This document shows positions 27,406 through 41,371 of a DNA stretch of 64,000 nt, piece by piece. A model generated the notes under the pieces. The model did not search any database, had not been told where the DNA came from, and saw only the letters and a program-made list of their open reading frames with translations. Made by a program: the position numbers and the translations under genes. Origin of the DNA: Eledone cirrhosa (lineage: Eukaryota); NCBI GenBank assembly GCA_964016885.1, contig OZ024743.1, positions 14,260,001 through 14,324,000 of the forward strand, given 5' to 3'. How positions within the stretch are numbered: the stretch's first letter is position 1; the number at the start of each line of letters is the position of its first letter.

Positions 27406-27458
<53 letters not shown>

Positions 27459-27512
27459 TGATGTATCTTTACAAAATGAAAAAAAAACCGAGGTCTCCTA
27501 CACGAGTGGAAG

Positions 27513-27783
27513 TATAAGGAAAAAAGACGAAATCGAAAATGCAACTGCAGTCTTTTTTTTTAATAAAAATATATATTTATTTGGTTCCTTTACCGGTTTC
27601 GCAGTTCCTCTGCTTTTCAAAAGTAGAATTGAGATTGGAGTGTTTGTGGTTTTCAAAACCTCCATTTCAATTGTACGTTTGAAAAGCAGAAGAACTGCGA
27701 AACCGGTAAAGGAACCAAATGAATATATATTTTCATAAAAAAAGACTCCAGTTGCATTTTCGATTTCATCTTTTTACCTTATA
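27513..27783. mobile_element. Foldback element with two U3:A8 hammerhead motifs
   Basis: Arms of about 135 bp, each with TTGAAAA GCAG n5 CTGC GAAA CCGG TA. Solo relative at ~1385-1520. Confidence 0.8.
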
Positions 27784-27831
27784 TATATATAAACATTATA
27801 TATATATATTTGTGTATATATATGAGGTGTG

Positions 27832-27887
<56 letters not shown>

Positions 27888-27909
27888 TGTGTGTGTATGT
27901 GTGTGTGTA

Positions 27910-27941
<32 letters not shown>

Positions 27942-27946
27942 TGTGT

Positions 27947-28013
<67 letters not shown>

Positions 28014-28178
28014 TGTGTGTTTTAGTGCGTGAGTGTGTCTTAAAATCAAAACAAGGCTTCACATTGTCGTTATTGATTATACACAGTTAGGACTGTTTCA
28101 CAGATGGGAAGGTCAGGCTCCACGTAAATGACATAAACACGATCAAGACCGATCTACTCAACAGTATTGTCAATCAAG

Positions 28179-28267
<89 letters not shown>

Positions 28268-29532
28268 TATAGGCAGAAATATTGGGTAGTCTTATATATA
28301 TTGGGCAGTCACGTGTAATACGTAACTACTTAATCATTAAGACCTTTCTTGTATATTTACCCGCATATAATTTACACGTATAATTTCCTTTTTTTATTTC
28401 AGGGTATCTTTTATTCTATGAATATATCTAATTTGAAACCGCCTCCTTGATCGCTCTTTTTTCGTTTCAATTCATTTTATATTACTTTTCCATAACTATT
28501 TTCTCCTCTTTTATATATTCTTTGTTCTACTATATTTATTTCTTCCACGCTCAAACCATTACTGCATTCTTTCCTTTCCTTAATGTGTCTACTCACGCTG
28601 TTTCTTTCTTTTGGGTAAACAGCGTTGTATATCTAAGGACAAATATTGCGAGGATATAAGTGCTGTTCTCCAGATTTGTCATATGTTGTTACACAAGATG
28701 TTAGATTTTCAATAAACTGTATAAAATCACTAGGCTATCTGTGTAAATATTGCATGCCACTTCAAGTATTTATTCTAATTGTGCATGCTGTTGAAATAAA
28801 GGAAACTTTATCCTCTTTGCAAAATGATGTACACTTGGTGAAAATTGTGAATATTGCTTAAACTGTAAAAGGAATAATATATAATCACAGTCAAATGTAT
28901 CTATTAATGTTATATAACTTATAGAATCAGTTATATAATTTCCTATAATAGACCTGTGCAGTATTCTCGATGCGAAGACATTCCTTGTAGAAGAAAATTT
29001 CAATACGTGATAACAAAGTACAAGAAACTAAAATGACATCAGACGTCCGCATAGATCTATTTAGGTTTTTAGATTTTTTCTTTACCTAAGTTGTGAGAGA
29101 AAAATACTTTCTGTATATATACTTTGTATATATTTGTTTTTAATATATCGCAATTCAAGACAAGAACCCACTATTGGAAAATAAATCATTCTAATAATCA
29201 TCTTCAAAAACACAAATCGACATTAGTGTAATCGATATTATAATCATTGTGGGCCCCATACACGTTATTCTTGTTTCTATAGTAACAACTTGCTACAGAA
29301 CAGCAGCGAGATGATTTAGTTGGATGACAGATCATTTTGTAATGTTAAATAAATTCTGAAAACGAAAACATTGTAGTTAGGATATCATTGTGAAAGGTGA
29401 ATGCCTTTGAGTCATGCAGTCTAAATGTAACTGTGATTTAGTTATATATCCGTAGCAATTACATTACGCTTACAATCTACTAAACTCCAGTTATTCGATA
29501 GATATTCTGGCTCAACAGACATACACACACAA

Positions 29533-29563
<31 letters not shown>

Positions 29564-29606
29564 CGATAGATTAACAAATGTAAACTATATTTATAAAACC
29601 ATATTT

Positions 29607-29669
29607 ATTTCATTATACATATTTCAAGGACACCAAGTTAAATTATGGTATGCTTTCATCAGATAAAAT
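29607..29669 (-). ncRNA. Type I hammerhead ribozyme (same family as 63870-63933)
   Basis: ATTTTAT CTGATGA AAGcATACCA..TGGTGTcCTT GAAA TATGTA TA ATGAAAT. Second tandem copy 178 bp away; decayed copy at ~48125-48187. Confidence 0.8.
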
Positions 29670-29941
29670 ATAATATAGATCAGTTTTATAAATAAATATT
29701 GACATACACTTAAATAAAAATAAATATTGACATACCCTTTAATAAAAATGTTTGCTTGTTGTATCCCAACAATTTAAATCGAACTTCTACATATATATAT
29801 TTCAAGGACACCAAGTTAAATTATGGTGTGCTTTCATCAGATAAAATATAATATAAATCAGTTTGTATAAATAAATATTGACATACCCTTTAATAAAAAA
29901 AATATGTGCTTGTTGTATCCCAACAATTTAAATAGAACTTC

Positions 29942-30017
<76 letters not shown>

Positions 30018-30108
30018 AAGCGAGTTGGTCATGGTAGAATGCAAATATAATTCGGCTCATCGATATTGGATGTATATATTTCTGTCATTATCTCTCTCCT
30101 CTCCTACT

Positions 30109-30214
<106 letters not shown>

Positions 30215-30360
30215 GACACACACACACATATATATATATATTTATATATGCGTGGGTGTGTGTTTGTGTGTGTATATATATATATATATATATACATATA
30301 TATACAGAGAGAGAGAGAGAGTGTGTGTGTGTGTGTGTGTGTGTGTAGGAGAGGAGAGAG

Positions 30361-30547
30361 ATAATTGTTTCTACGTTAGGCACAAGGCCAGCAATTATCC
30401 AGTACATTACTGGTACTTTATTTTATCGACCCCGTAAGGATGAAAGGCAAAGTTAACCTCGGCGGGATTTGAACTCAGAATGGCAAGGGCCGTAACTCCA
30501 TACGTCAAAGCATGGCGTCCGACCCTCTCCCAATACTGCCAATCCAC
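30361..30547 (-). mobile_element. tRNA-derived SINE, family 1
   Basis: TSD AGAGATAAT. The empty site is preserved in inverted form at 30016-30105. Confidence 0.9.
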
Positions 30548-31117
30548 AGAGATAATGACAGAAATATATACATCCAATATAGATGAGCCGTATTATATTT
30601 GCATTCTACCATGACCAACTCGCTTGACAATGATCTGACTGTGGCTGAAGGCAAATGTCAAACGTGCTATGCAATGTGAACAAAAATGACCTCGTTGCTG
30701 CGAAGCAATCCACTGAATAACCTATTCATACATGCGCCGTTTTACGCGCCTAATATGTGTAAAGTTAATTTCATTTGGATTACGTTTCTTTTTCTTTTCT
30801 TGTCAGCTATGTTTAAATTGAATCAATAGTATGATTAGTAGTAAATATTTAGAAAATATAACATTACGAAACAACAATTCCATGATGAGTAGACAAATAT
30901 GACTTGTATAGAATTACATTTCGCTACTAGAATGTCATTAATGTAACATGTTATAACTTAGAAAGACTTCATACGCCAGGTTAATTGAAGGATTGGTATT
31001 GTTGTAGGGCTTCATTTTCAACCTGAATGTGAGATATGATTCACATCATAAAATACAATGTGCTGCCTACAATTAACCCATGTATATGATGTTGTAATAG
31101 TATTATTTTAGTCGTTA

Positions 31118-31308
31118 GCGGTGGATTGGCAGTATCGGTAAAGGGTCGGACGCTATGCTTTGACGTATAGATTTACGGCCCTTGCCATTCTGAGTTCAAA
31201 TCTCGCCGAGGTTAACTTTGCCTTTCATCCTTACGAGGTCGATAAAATAAAGTACCAGTAATGTTCTGGGTAATTTCTGGCCTTGTGCCAACCGTAGAAA
31301 CACTTATT
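31118..31308 (+). mobile_element. tRNA-derived SINE, family 1
   Basis: A box TGGCAGTATCGG, B box GAGTTCAAATC, central GCCTTTCATCCTT..GGTCGATAAAATAAAGTACCAG domain, TSD TTATTTTAGTCGTTAGC. Confidence 0.92.
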
Positions 31309-32369
31309 TTAGTCGTTAGCAGGAATTGTGCAAGATGTACACATACCTCATTATACTAACTGATCCTATCGAGATGCATTCATTTTAAATATACACAATA
31401 TTTTTATTTTGAATGTACGGCCATGCATGCTTATTCGTCTATGTTGCATGTGTAATTGTATATTTGTGGTTGCGTGTTTCTATTTGCACCTGTATGACAC
31501 GCACGTATGCGTGATAGTGTGCGCATGTTACATATTCTGTGAAATGATATAACCATTTAAACAATGAGAAATTATCGTATTTGTTTAGTAGCAAAGGGAT
31601 TTCAAATCTGAATAATTTATAAACCTGAAAAGCTAAATTAGCGTCTGCTATCCAAATATGACTGTATCTAAATCATGACAAACCTATAAATTAGACCCAC
31701 TGCCGTTACATATCAATTGAATTGATGGGGAATCTATACGAGGTGCTCACATGCAAATTTGGTTCTTTATCTTAGTAAATAAAAGTAATTGCTTACCTGA
31801 ATGATTCAGATGAACGTAGGGCTAATAGCACTAAGATCATTAGATAAATTGAGTGCCGCTGCAGAAAGTTTTAGATTACTAAACGAAAAAGAAAATATTT
31901 ATTTCTAATATAGAAAGCGTATTACACAGCTTTGAGAACATGTCAAACACCTGATTAGTTCATTGGCAATCCTGGAAGGAAGCAAACGAATTTTAAGCTC
32001 GGTGTAATATCATGTCAGTTCTTTAAGGCACAAAATATGAATCTGAACAACATGTAATTAATTGACTTCTATTTTTATACACACACATATAAGTTATTCC
32101 GGGTTGAATCGGAGGTAACCACAGTAAGTAAGGTACTCAATACATAGTAGTGTATAACAGTTTTAATATAGAAATGGCTTCTACATGACTAGAACTGTTT
32201 GATTCCAGAGAAATCATTAGAAAGCCTGATGAGTTTCCTAAACTTTTAAATATATATATATATACATGTTTATCTCGGGTTCAATCGGGGATAACCACAA
32301 TACTTATAGAGTATATAATGTTTAATATAATGCTTTCGTGTAGAAGCCACTTCTATATGAAGCAGTATT

Positions 32370-32410
<41 letters not shown>

Positions 32411-32472
32411 GATCCCGTTAAGGGTGAAAGCAGCGATTCTTTGCTTAAACTTTGATCTGTTATTTTAATAAA

Positions 32473-32503
<31 letters not shown>

Positions 32504-32736
32504 GTGTATATATATATATATATATAGTAAAGGTGCATGGCATGGATTAGTTGTTAGAGTGGTCGACGAGTTTACCCAGCTATAGAAAAGAACTGCGACA
32601 TCATTTGTGCCAAGTTGGACAACATCGGCAACTGCTAGTCTTCCACAAACAACCTTGCTAGGACTTGTACTTAGGAAGGGAAAAGTTGTGGGTGCAAATC
32701 CCATGGGTACTCGTGACAAAAAGTGGGACTTTTACT

Positions 32737-32810
<74 letters not shown>

Positions 32811-35769
32811 TGCGTGCGTGTATATATATGAAGATAAACCTCTCTAACAGAAAGTGCGTTGACTAGTATCAGTTCCACTTGTAGCTACTTTTAGTTGTAT
32901 GCATTGACACTGTGGATATGTGATCATGGGAGTATAAATCAATTAGCTATTTATTACAAACGTGCATTGTTGTAATTCATATTAATAATATCAAAATAAT
33001 TCTATACACGTATTTCTTATCGTCAATAGAGTACTCGAACCAACAATGAACATCTGTTCTCAAATATAAAGTCAAATTCTACATATCCCGACACTGCAAT
33101 TACTGTAAAGCGGGATCAATCAAAATTACACACACCAGATCCGCTGACTAAACTATAAATCTCTAGTGAAATTATAGCACTTCAATAATTTGGAAATATT
33201 CTGTCAGCTTCAAATTATCCCCAACTGCAAAATTAGCTCGCAACTGAGCCAACAGAGACAGCTTAGCAGATGACAGATATTATGTCTCGTAAGTTTAATA
33301 TTCATAAATTCACATTTAATAAATCTCAACTACCTCATGTATTGCAACATATAGATAAAAGTAAGCGTTCGTGTGTCACACAGCCAGGTCGTAGTCATCC
33401 CTCAGAAAGTCCGCTGAACATTAGCGTATCCTAGGTTTTGGTTATTTCCCTAAATTTTAGATATTTTACAGTCAACGTTCACAAGAACCACTCCTCAGCA
33501 ATCTTTAGATCGCATCGCATCACATATTTTTTCTGCACATGTTAAACCTGCTCTGTCTTTATGAACTGATATTTCCAAACCATTATAAATAGGCATATAT
33601 TGGGACTAATATTGAACAACCCGTAAAATTAACCATACATTTGCTACGTTTTGTAAGAGACACAAATCGTGCATGATCTTTCATTGAGATATCACATTAT
33701 TAACGTAGCAGCGATGAAGATTCAATTATCTCACTCACAATCTTCTGGCCGGGTTCTTTTAAAAGATCACCCGTTTCTGTGTGGCCCGTTTGGATCTCGA
33801 AGATGGAAAATCCAATCTCACAGATATTTCCCAATCATCTTGCTTGTCGTCCACTCTGGGTCTCCTTAGAGTTGCTTCAATCGTAAAGAAGAGGAAGTAG
33901 AAGAAGAATCACCGCATACTCATCATATCAGTAAATTTGAAATAAATGTGGTGTGCATGATGAACTTGATTCGTAAAATAGTTACTCATATAGTACGGGC
34001 GTACATATATACTATATATATATATTTGTTCACCTTAAATTGGACTATCCTTGCAGAACCTTCCATGGACATCGTCATATATAGGGTTCAGCGTCCCTTT
34101 ACTTCTTCTCATCTAATAACTACATTGATTACTACCAGGTGATTGCGAATGAGAAGGATATGATTTTGCTAAAGATCTCGAATAAATGTCTCTAATTAAA
34201 CATTCAATAATTAGCCTTAAATCATTGAGAAATATTTCTGGATATTCTTTGTTAGTAGTTTAGGAATTAAACACATCCTGCGTGAGCTTTTGCTTTCCAG
34301 CTGCATGCATGATTTTAGATGATCGAAGTATTTTTAAATGAATGCTCTGCATTGCAACTGTGAAATTCTAATATAAATATATGTATATAATTGATTATGT
34401 AGGATTCTCATATTTACGTTGCTTTATTGCTGTAATTCATAATCGGTCTTAGAGCATTCCATATTTTTCTATAATTACTGATCAATTTTTGCCTTGCTCA
34501 CTGTGTAAAACATGCATAGAGGGGGTGCTGATATAAGCTAGAAAGAAGTCTATTGTTTTCAAAAATTTGTTTTATATTAAATATTGTTTCCTACTCGCAA
34601 AGTCTTTGTTTTCAAAACAATCAAATTATTTCCTAGATTTCGACTTCAAACACTGTTGTTTAGTTGTTTCCTCTCTCAATGATATTATGTGACGCCCTAC
34701 CGCATGTGTATTTGTTCAGGCTGAGCACTCTCGTAACATTTTTCGCAGCTCTATAATTGATACTTACGACACTGGTTTTTAGAATAATATTCAAAATATA
34801 TTGTTTGCAATGAAATTACCATATGTTGTTATATTACATATTCATTTCAAAACACATTCATTAAAAACGCGCTAACTAAACAATGCGTGTTAAAACATGC
34901 CTTAAGAATACCATAGAATTATACATATTGATAAGTGTTTAAAATTATGGGTTATTATAAATTAATATATCTGAATAAACACAGCAATTACAGCTCAGCT
35001 GTTCTGCCTGGAATGCAAAATTATGCAATTATACGCATTTTCCAGAAACATCCGAGTAAATCGTATTTGTTAATAACGGATGCTTAGATAATAATTTTAA
35101 AACAAACAATATTATGAATATATATACAAAATCTATATAATATGAAGTGATGATTTAAGCTGAAACGAATTGTTTAAATAAAGTTAGGCATAGAAACGTA
35201 CATAACTCAATAAATCTCACGTTATAGAATATATATACATATAATATCAAACGGAAATAATTTAAAATAAATCAATGAAATGTAACAAAGAATTGAATTA
35301 AATTCAATTGAATATCGCAATAACTTTGTTTTGGATGGGAAATCTACACTAATGAGTTGAGAGTCACGCAGGCATGTATTTCTAATAATATTGCTCTTCC
35401 TTTATTAACAAAGTGATGTTTTTTTTCACAATTCATGCAGTTCCCGCAATTGTATATGACTTATTTTATTTCTTTGTTTTGTTCATTGGATGAGCTGATG
35501 GTGCTTGTCCTGGTATTGCCATAGTGTTGATTGTGTGAGAATCACTATTAATGAAAATGGTGATAATAATGATCATGATAGTCTTGAGGATCATGACAAC
35601 GATGACAATGAGTGTAATGGTAATACCAGAAATATTAGAGGAAATTTTAGATTTGAATATTAATTTTCTTATCAATGAAACGATATATGCAGTTAAAGGA
35701 AAGTGCATCTAGATTTAAAACGAAAACAATTAAAATGGCTTTATTACCTGGTACAAATATGTTTGTAGG

Positions 35770-38100
35770 GAATACCAGCCTACTTTTTCATTTGAGGGTC
35801 GTGGGGACTAGCTGTTCAAACACTTCATAACAGTGGGTCCGGTCAGAAGCAACCGTCTCGAAATGATCCGGTTAGAACTCCAATCGTGACCAGCCAAGTT
35901 CATATATGTTATTCAACCATCTTGCACAGGGTTTAAACTTGGGTTTCATGTCGGCCGTTCGTTTTGCTCGTAATATCTGTCTGGCGATACGTTTCTGGGT
36001 CATTCTAAGCACATGTCCATACAATTGGCTCTGCGGTCTCTCAATTCGGAGAAGTAGCGTCTCTAACTGAATGATTCTGTGATCTACGAGCTACGCACTA
36101 TATCAAGTAACGTTACTCCAAAGACCATTCGGACGAATCACATTTTGCCCGAATGTATATGCGATCGTATTCTCCGGAGCTTTTAACAAGGTAAATGACC
36201 CTATTTAAAAGATCTCACGAATAACGAATCGAAGATAGTGAGTTTGGCTTTTACACAGACCTCCCTACTAATTACCGAATGCTGAACCTGCTACATTGCT
36301 GCACCAATTCCTCAAATGATTGCAGTTAATTAAGATCCCTGCCTTTCATCGCACGTGTACATGGCCATAAGATACTTAAACCGCTCTACCTGCTTCATTG
36401 GAACTTCATTCACATGACGTTTGCACTGCGTAGGATCCCCTGAGAGCGGGATTACCTCATTTTCACAGCACCTATTTAATTTCCAGCCATTTAGCTCTCG
36501 CTATCAAACCTATAAACTGAAAGTCGGAGATCAACTTCTGTTCTGTTAAGTATTATCATGTCGTCTGCAAATTCCAGCCGACAGATTCTAGACTTACCAG
36601 TTATGATACAACGTCCATGCCAGTAATCCTGTTCATGTGAATAATGAACAGGAAAGGTTACAGTACTCCCACACGCGCTGAGACAACTAGAAAATAACAA
36701 TCGACACCATAGTCTTGCAGAAACTTCCCAACACGCCCCATAGAACGTAAATAATCGAAATGAAAAACCTGTCGATATGCGATAGGATTTCATAGGCTCG
36801 AGTCCCAGAGACACTGCGTGGTGTTTATAACAAAGCCGAAATTTATTATTTGCCGGAGCGAGACGTGTGCGTGCTCGTCGACTCCAAGGAGATGTATGCA
36901 ACGTTTCGCCAGTTTTTGAGTGATTGTTTAGTGAGAGCTGGGGATCAGAGAAGGCAGCAAAAATCATTGGATTTGGATCGTCTGCCTTATGAGTTTTATG
37001 TAGATATGACAGACTTGTTTTCCTATGTAGTTGGAGCCGTCTAGAGCAACTGATTCCCAGTTCTATGAGTCGGTGTCTCGAAACGCTGATGAGGAAAGAC
37101 AAGAACAGTATGGACGACATTGATAAATTCCGGTTTATAGCTATGCTAAACCCGTTTAAGATTTTCCACCTCTGCTTACAATGAGTTTGGTGATAGCGTT
37201 CGGAAGCCAGGTAGGTGAGGAGGAGATGTGCGCAACCCGACCAGGTCCATACACGACAACTTCCACCTCATGCGATACACCATATAGAAAGTAGTGAGTA
37301 TAATTGCGAGATATGCTTCGCAAACCTTCGATACCCAACTGGAATGACTTAAGTCACCTGCATCCACCGCAAACTTCCAAATTCTTTCGACAGTTCCACA
37401 TACTTCCCCATCATTTCATATATCGATGATACACGTCTCTTTTTTTATTTTATTTTTCATAGCGAAAATGTCTTCTTGCCTAAAACATAGTATCGCATTG
37501 AATTGTAAATTCCCACAAGTAACTTTAAATCATCCGGGCATAAAAGATTGTTGATCTTAATACCGTCTAGCACATATCCAAATTCCACTTTTCTTACGAC
37601 TTGGATCAGAGGTATCGTGCAGATGAGATAGTGGTGATAAAATATCTAGCTGAAATATACACCGTCATATGTTAAAATAGCATAACTCTTCCACACAGAA
37701 AATTAACCATTTTTCCAGCTGATCATCTTTCTTTATATAAACCTAATCATATTGCCTGGCACTTGCATAGACAGTGGTGGAACCATGTCCTAGGCTTTTG
37801 TATTGTAACGCAAGGATTGTTTTATTAATCATCAGTTATTCTTTTGCATCCCTATTATTGTTCGCCCTCTGTCTGCTCTTCTCCTCAAGGAAATTGTCCC
37901 TGGATTCCAAGATCATCCCAGCCATATGCTTCCACATAAGTGGCAACCAGGTTATGGACCTGAATGTCTGCTACAGTGCCTTTAGGAGGGTCTTTTTGTC
38001 AGCGCACAGCCATACACAGTAATCCATATAGTTATCTTTGGATCGTTGATTGACATTGCATTCATTTGAGCCACGATTCGCGCCTATAAACATCTCAACC
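35770..38100 (-). pseudogene. Decayed RTE-clade LINE (RT domain and 3' end)
   Basis: LEFADDMIIL...DL, VNEVPMKQVERFKYL and C-terminal ETVASDRTH...LVPRP motifs across frames. Many stops; 5' boundary approximate. Confidence 0.7.
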
Positions 38101-39732
38101 TATTCAACCAACAGCCATCATGTCCAGAAGATTTCCAATTGGGATTTTCTTTTACTTGCATGCATACCAATCTTGATCATATCTCTTTTCATCACATTTG
38201 TTTAAATTTTCCTACAATTCCTTCTATCATCAAGGTTTCCTATAATTCTGCTCATTAATATACAAGATGTTTGACCAACAAATTTTGCTTTTATCTGCAT
38301 CTGGAGTCATTCTTTCCTTCTTAACTGTCCTCTCGGGGTATTGGTACCTTTTTTTCTGATCCTACTGTTATATTCAACTAATGCTATATTGTTGGATTCT
38401 TCGTTCAAATTTTCTCGTTTTACCGGAAGCTGAACGCATCATACCCGGTGCAAAAAAACAAGAGAAACCGGATAAGTGAATTAGTTATGGGGGCGTTTAT
38501 GGGGGACAATCGTTATCTGCAAATTGTAGTTCACCCTGAAAAAGTGGATTAGAGTAAAATTGATAGGGATTAGTAACGCCGAAGCCATACAAAAAATAGA
38601 GTATAGAGTAGAGAGAGATCTAGTTAAAGAAATAGGAAAGGCAATTAGCAAGAGCATCGCAACCGGCACTTGCGTTGTCAAAACTAAGGCGCATGCTCTT
38701 AAACACGAGCGGACGAAATCTGCTCAATGGCCCAGAGTAGCGGAGTTGTGGTCTGGCAAAATAGACGCTATACGATATTTGGCACACCCCTACGTGTGCA
38801 TGTTACTCGATCCTAAGCTGATGCACGGATTTTCAGCACCACTTAAACTCAACTGAGCGGTGGGCCGATAGACTTTAATGACTACCTCAACTGTTAGTTT
38901 TAGGATCCTACTGACGAAATTACATTTAGACATATTTTCATTTCTCTATTATTTTCGTTTCTTTTCTTCATATTTTAACTACTTATTCGGGTATTTTTTC
39001 GTAATATGGTTATGCTGTTTTCCCTGATAAAGGAATCACCCCTACACAAAATATAAACAAAATAAAAAATTAAATTACATGCAGTAATTCAATGAATCAA
39101 ATAATTTGTCTCCACACTCAAAATTGTTTTTTCTCAAATGTACAAAGGAAAATATGTTTTTCCTTTTTTCTTAATTCAACACGAGCATCGTCAAAGCAAC
39201 GTCTTTTTTTAGACAAACAAATATGCTTACGGGTCTGATTCTACTGACACAAATGAATCAAGTTGCTTAGAGGCGGAAGCAAAATGAGATATACAAATAT
39301 GAATCAAACAATAATTTAATCCCACGTACAACCAATAGATTATCTTCGTAGTGTTTTATACAATTCCAGCAATCAATAAAACGAGCATTCACACGCACCA
39401 ACATAACGAATATACGCACATAGAGAAACTCACATATTTTGACATGGTAATAGCATCATCGGTACGAATTTTACTTTGCATACATGATGTCGTTGCATTT
39501 CATTCGCTCCCAACAGCTTTATCAAGCCGTGTATATATATGATAATCTGTAACCCTTTTCAGTTTCATTTATTTTCATTTTGACGACTCACTAATTTATA
39601 ATACGATAGTTTTTGTTTTGAAAAGAGATAAATATGAATAATTGTTTATTCTTAATAGTACTTTTATTCACTCTTATTTATTCAAAGTGTGGGTTACACA
39701 CAGAGGATAACATATATGCTTAACATTGCCTC

Positions 39733-39836
<104 letters not shown>

Positions 39837-39987
39837 TATATATATATGTCCCCCTTCTGCTGGACATCACGAGAGGGCGTTATCCCCTGTGTTTGCATAG
39901 TTACGGTTTCCTCAAACCGTATTTCCTTAGAAATACGAAATTACTATACCTATTGTATAAAGCTGTGCTTGAAGCGAAATTTTATTT

Positions 39988-40038
<51 letters not shown>

Positions 40039-40075
40039 TATATTAACTATCATATCCTCACACGAGATAGAGAAA

Positions 40076-41371
40076 ATGCCAACAAAAACGGATACAACCC
40101 TCATCAACTCAAATGAAGAGATCCTACAGGAACTCAAGAAAATCAACACAAACCTATCTTTGCTGGTCGACAAACTTGACTCCACAAATAAGGAAACCGC
40201 CACCGGATACAAACCCTCCGAAATCGGCGACAAACTCCAAAACCTTTGCGATACTATCCAAATTATGTTCACTACTACCAACCCAGGAAAAACCAACGAA
40301 GAACCATGTGAGATTGATTCATACAAAATGAAAATTCGAACAATTCCAAAATGGAACAAATCCCTCAGAGACAGAAAGTTCTCATTCTGGAAGATGATAC
40401 AAAATCACAACAAAGCAGCGATATATGAAAAATGGCTTAACTCAACCCCTCTAACTCTCCCCCGTAAACTACAAATAAAGTTCATTCCAAATGAACCCGA
40501 ACCTCAAAGACACCTTAGGGAAAGAATGGCATTGGAAAAAATGAAGACAGAAATTGAACTTCTTAAACTGAGGGCCCAGACAAATGAGGAAAAAATCAAA
40601 ACCATCGATGAAGAGATCCTCCTGGAAATCAACAACAGAACTGAAGGCCTCAAGGTAGAGAAGATCTCCAAATTATGGAAAGGGGACTGCAACAGAGAAG
40701 AACTGAAATCCCTTCAACGCTGGGAAAAAAATGCCGCTTGGTTCCTACACTATGAATCGACTTTTCAAACGGATTACACCTCCAATAACCCGTTCATAAA
40801 AATAGGAAAACCCATAACTGAACCGCACAACAACTTCTCAAACCCCCAAGCCTCTAACAAACGAAGAAGGAAGCATCACACCGAAGATGAACTTCCCAAC
40901 CTCGCTACCATAAGAAGGAACAAAAACCCAAGAAATCATCTCCCCCAGAATGACATATACAACTTTCCCCCTTCAAGGAGACACCATACCAAATCACTCA
41001 ACTACTACGCGGATGCCTCATCGTCAAACATAGGGAAAAGATACCACCGCCATGATAGATGTAACAACTTCCCCGCTTCAAGGGGACAGCAAGGTAATTA
41101 CCATTTTCTCAACTCTCGCTTCCACAATACACAACAAACCCACACCACACGATACGACCAACAACGTAGGCCACTTATAACACCACAATACAACACACAC
41201 CCATACTCGCAGTACAGGAACACCCCATTCAATCTACAACCACCAACCCGAACCATATTTTACAACAACAAGGAATATAGCAAACACAGGAGACCACTTA
41301 ACATCAGCAGACAACCCCTCTACCCCAACCATTTTTTAGACACAGCACACAGATACAGGCAAACAAAATAA
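40076..41371 (+). CDS. PLE ORF1, 431 aa, predicted coiled-coil N-terminal half and low-complexity R/N/H/Q/P-rich C-terminal half
   Basis: Uninterrupted frame from ATG 40076 (MPTKTDTT...). Heptad-like charged helices. Directly upstream of and overlapping the RT frame. Confidence 0.75.
   Translation: MPTKTDTTLINSNEEILQELKKINTNLSLLVDKLDSTNKETATGYKPSEIGDKLQNLCDTIQIMFTTTNPGKTNEEPCEIDSYKMKIRTIPKWNKSLRDRKFSFWKMIQNHNKAAIYEKWLNSTPLTLPRKLQIKFIPNEPEPQRHLRERMALEKMKTEIELLKLRAQTNEEKIKTIDEEILLEINNRTEGLKVEKISKLWKGDCNREELKSLQRWEKNAAWFLHYESTFQTDYTSNNPFIKIGKPITEPHNNFSNPQASNKRRRKHHTEDELPNLATIRRNKNPRNHLPQNDIYNFPPSRRHHTKSLNYYADASSSNIGKRYHRHDRCNNFPASRGQQGNYHFLNSRFHNTQQTHTTRYDQQRRPLITPQYNTHPYSQYRNTPFNLQPPTRTIFYNNKEYSKHRRPLNISRQPLYPNHFLDTAHRYRQTK

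Noticed and set aside
31118-31205. tRNA gene
   Set aside because: A and B boxes are present, but there is no cloverleaf, and it continues into a multi-copy SINE body with TSDs.
33760-33925. Minus-strand frame resembling a signal peptide plus RSKR propeptide
   Set aside because: Stop codons immediately after the Met and before the splice donor. Kept only as part of the weak exon-chain finding.
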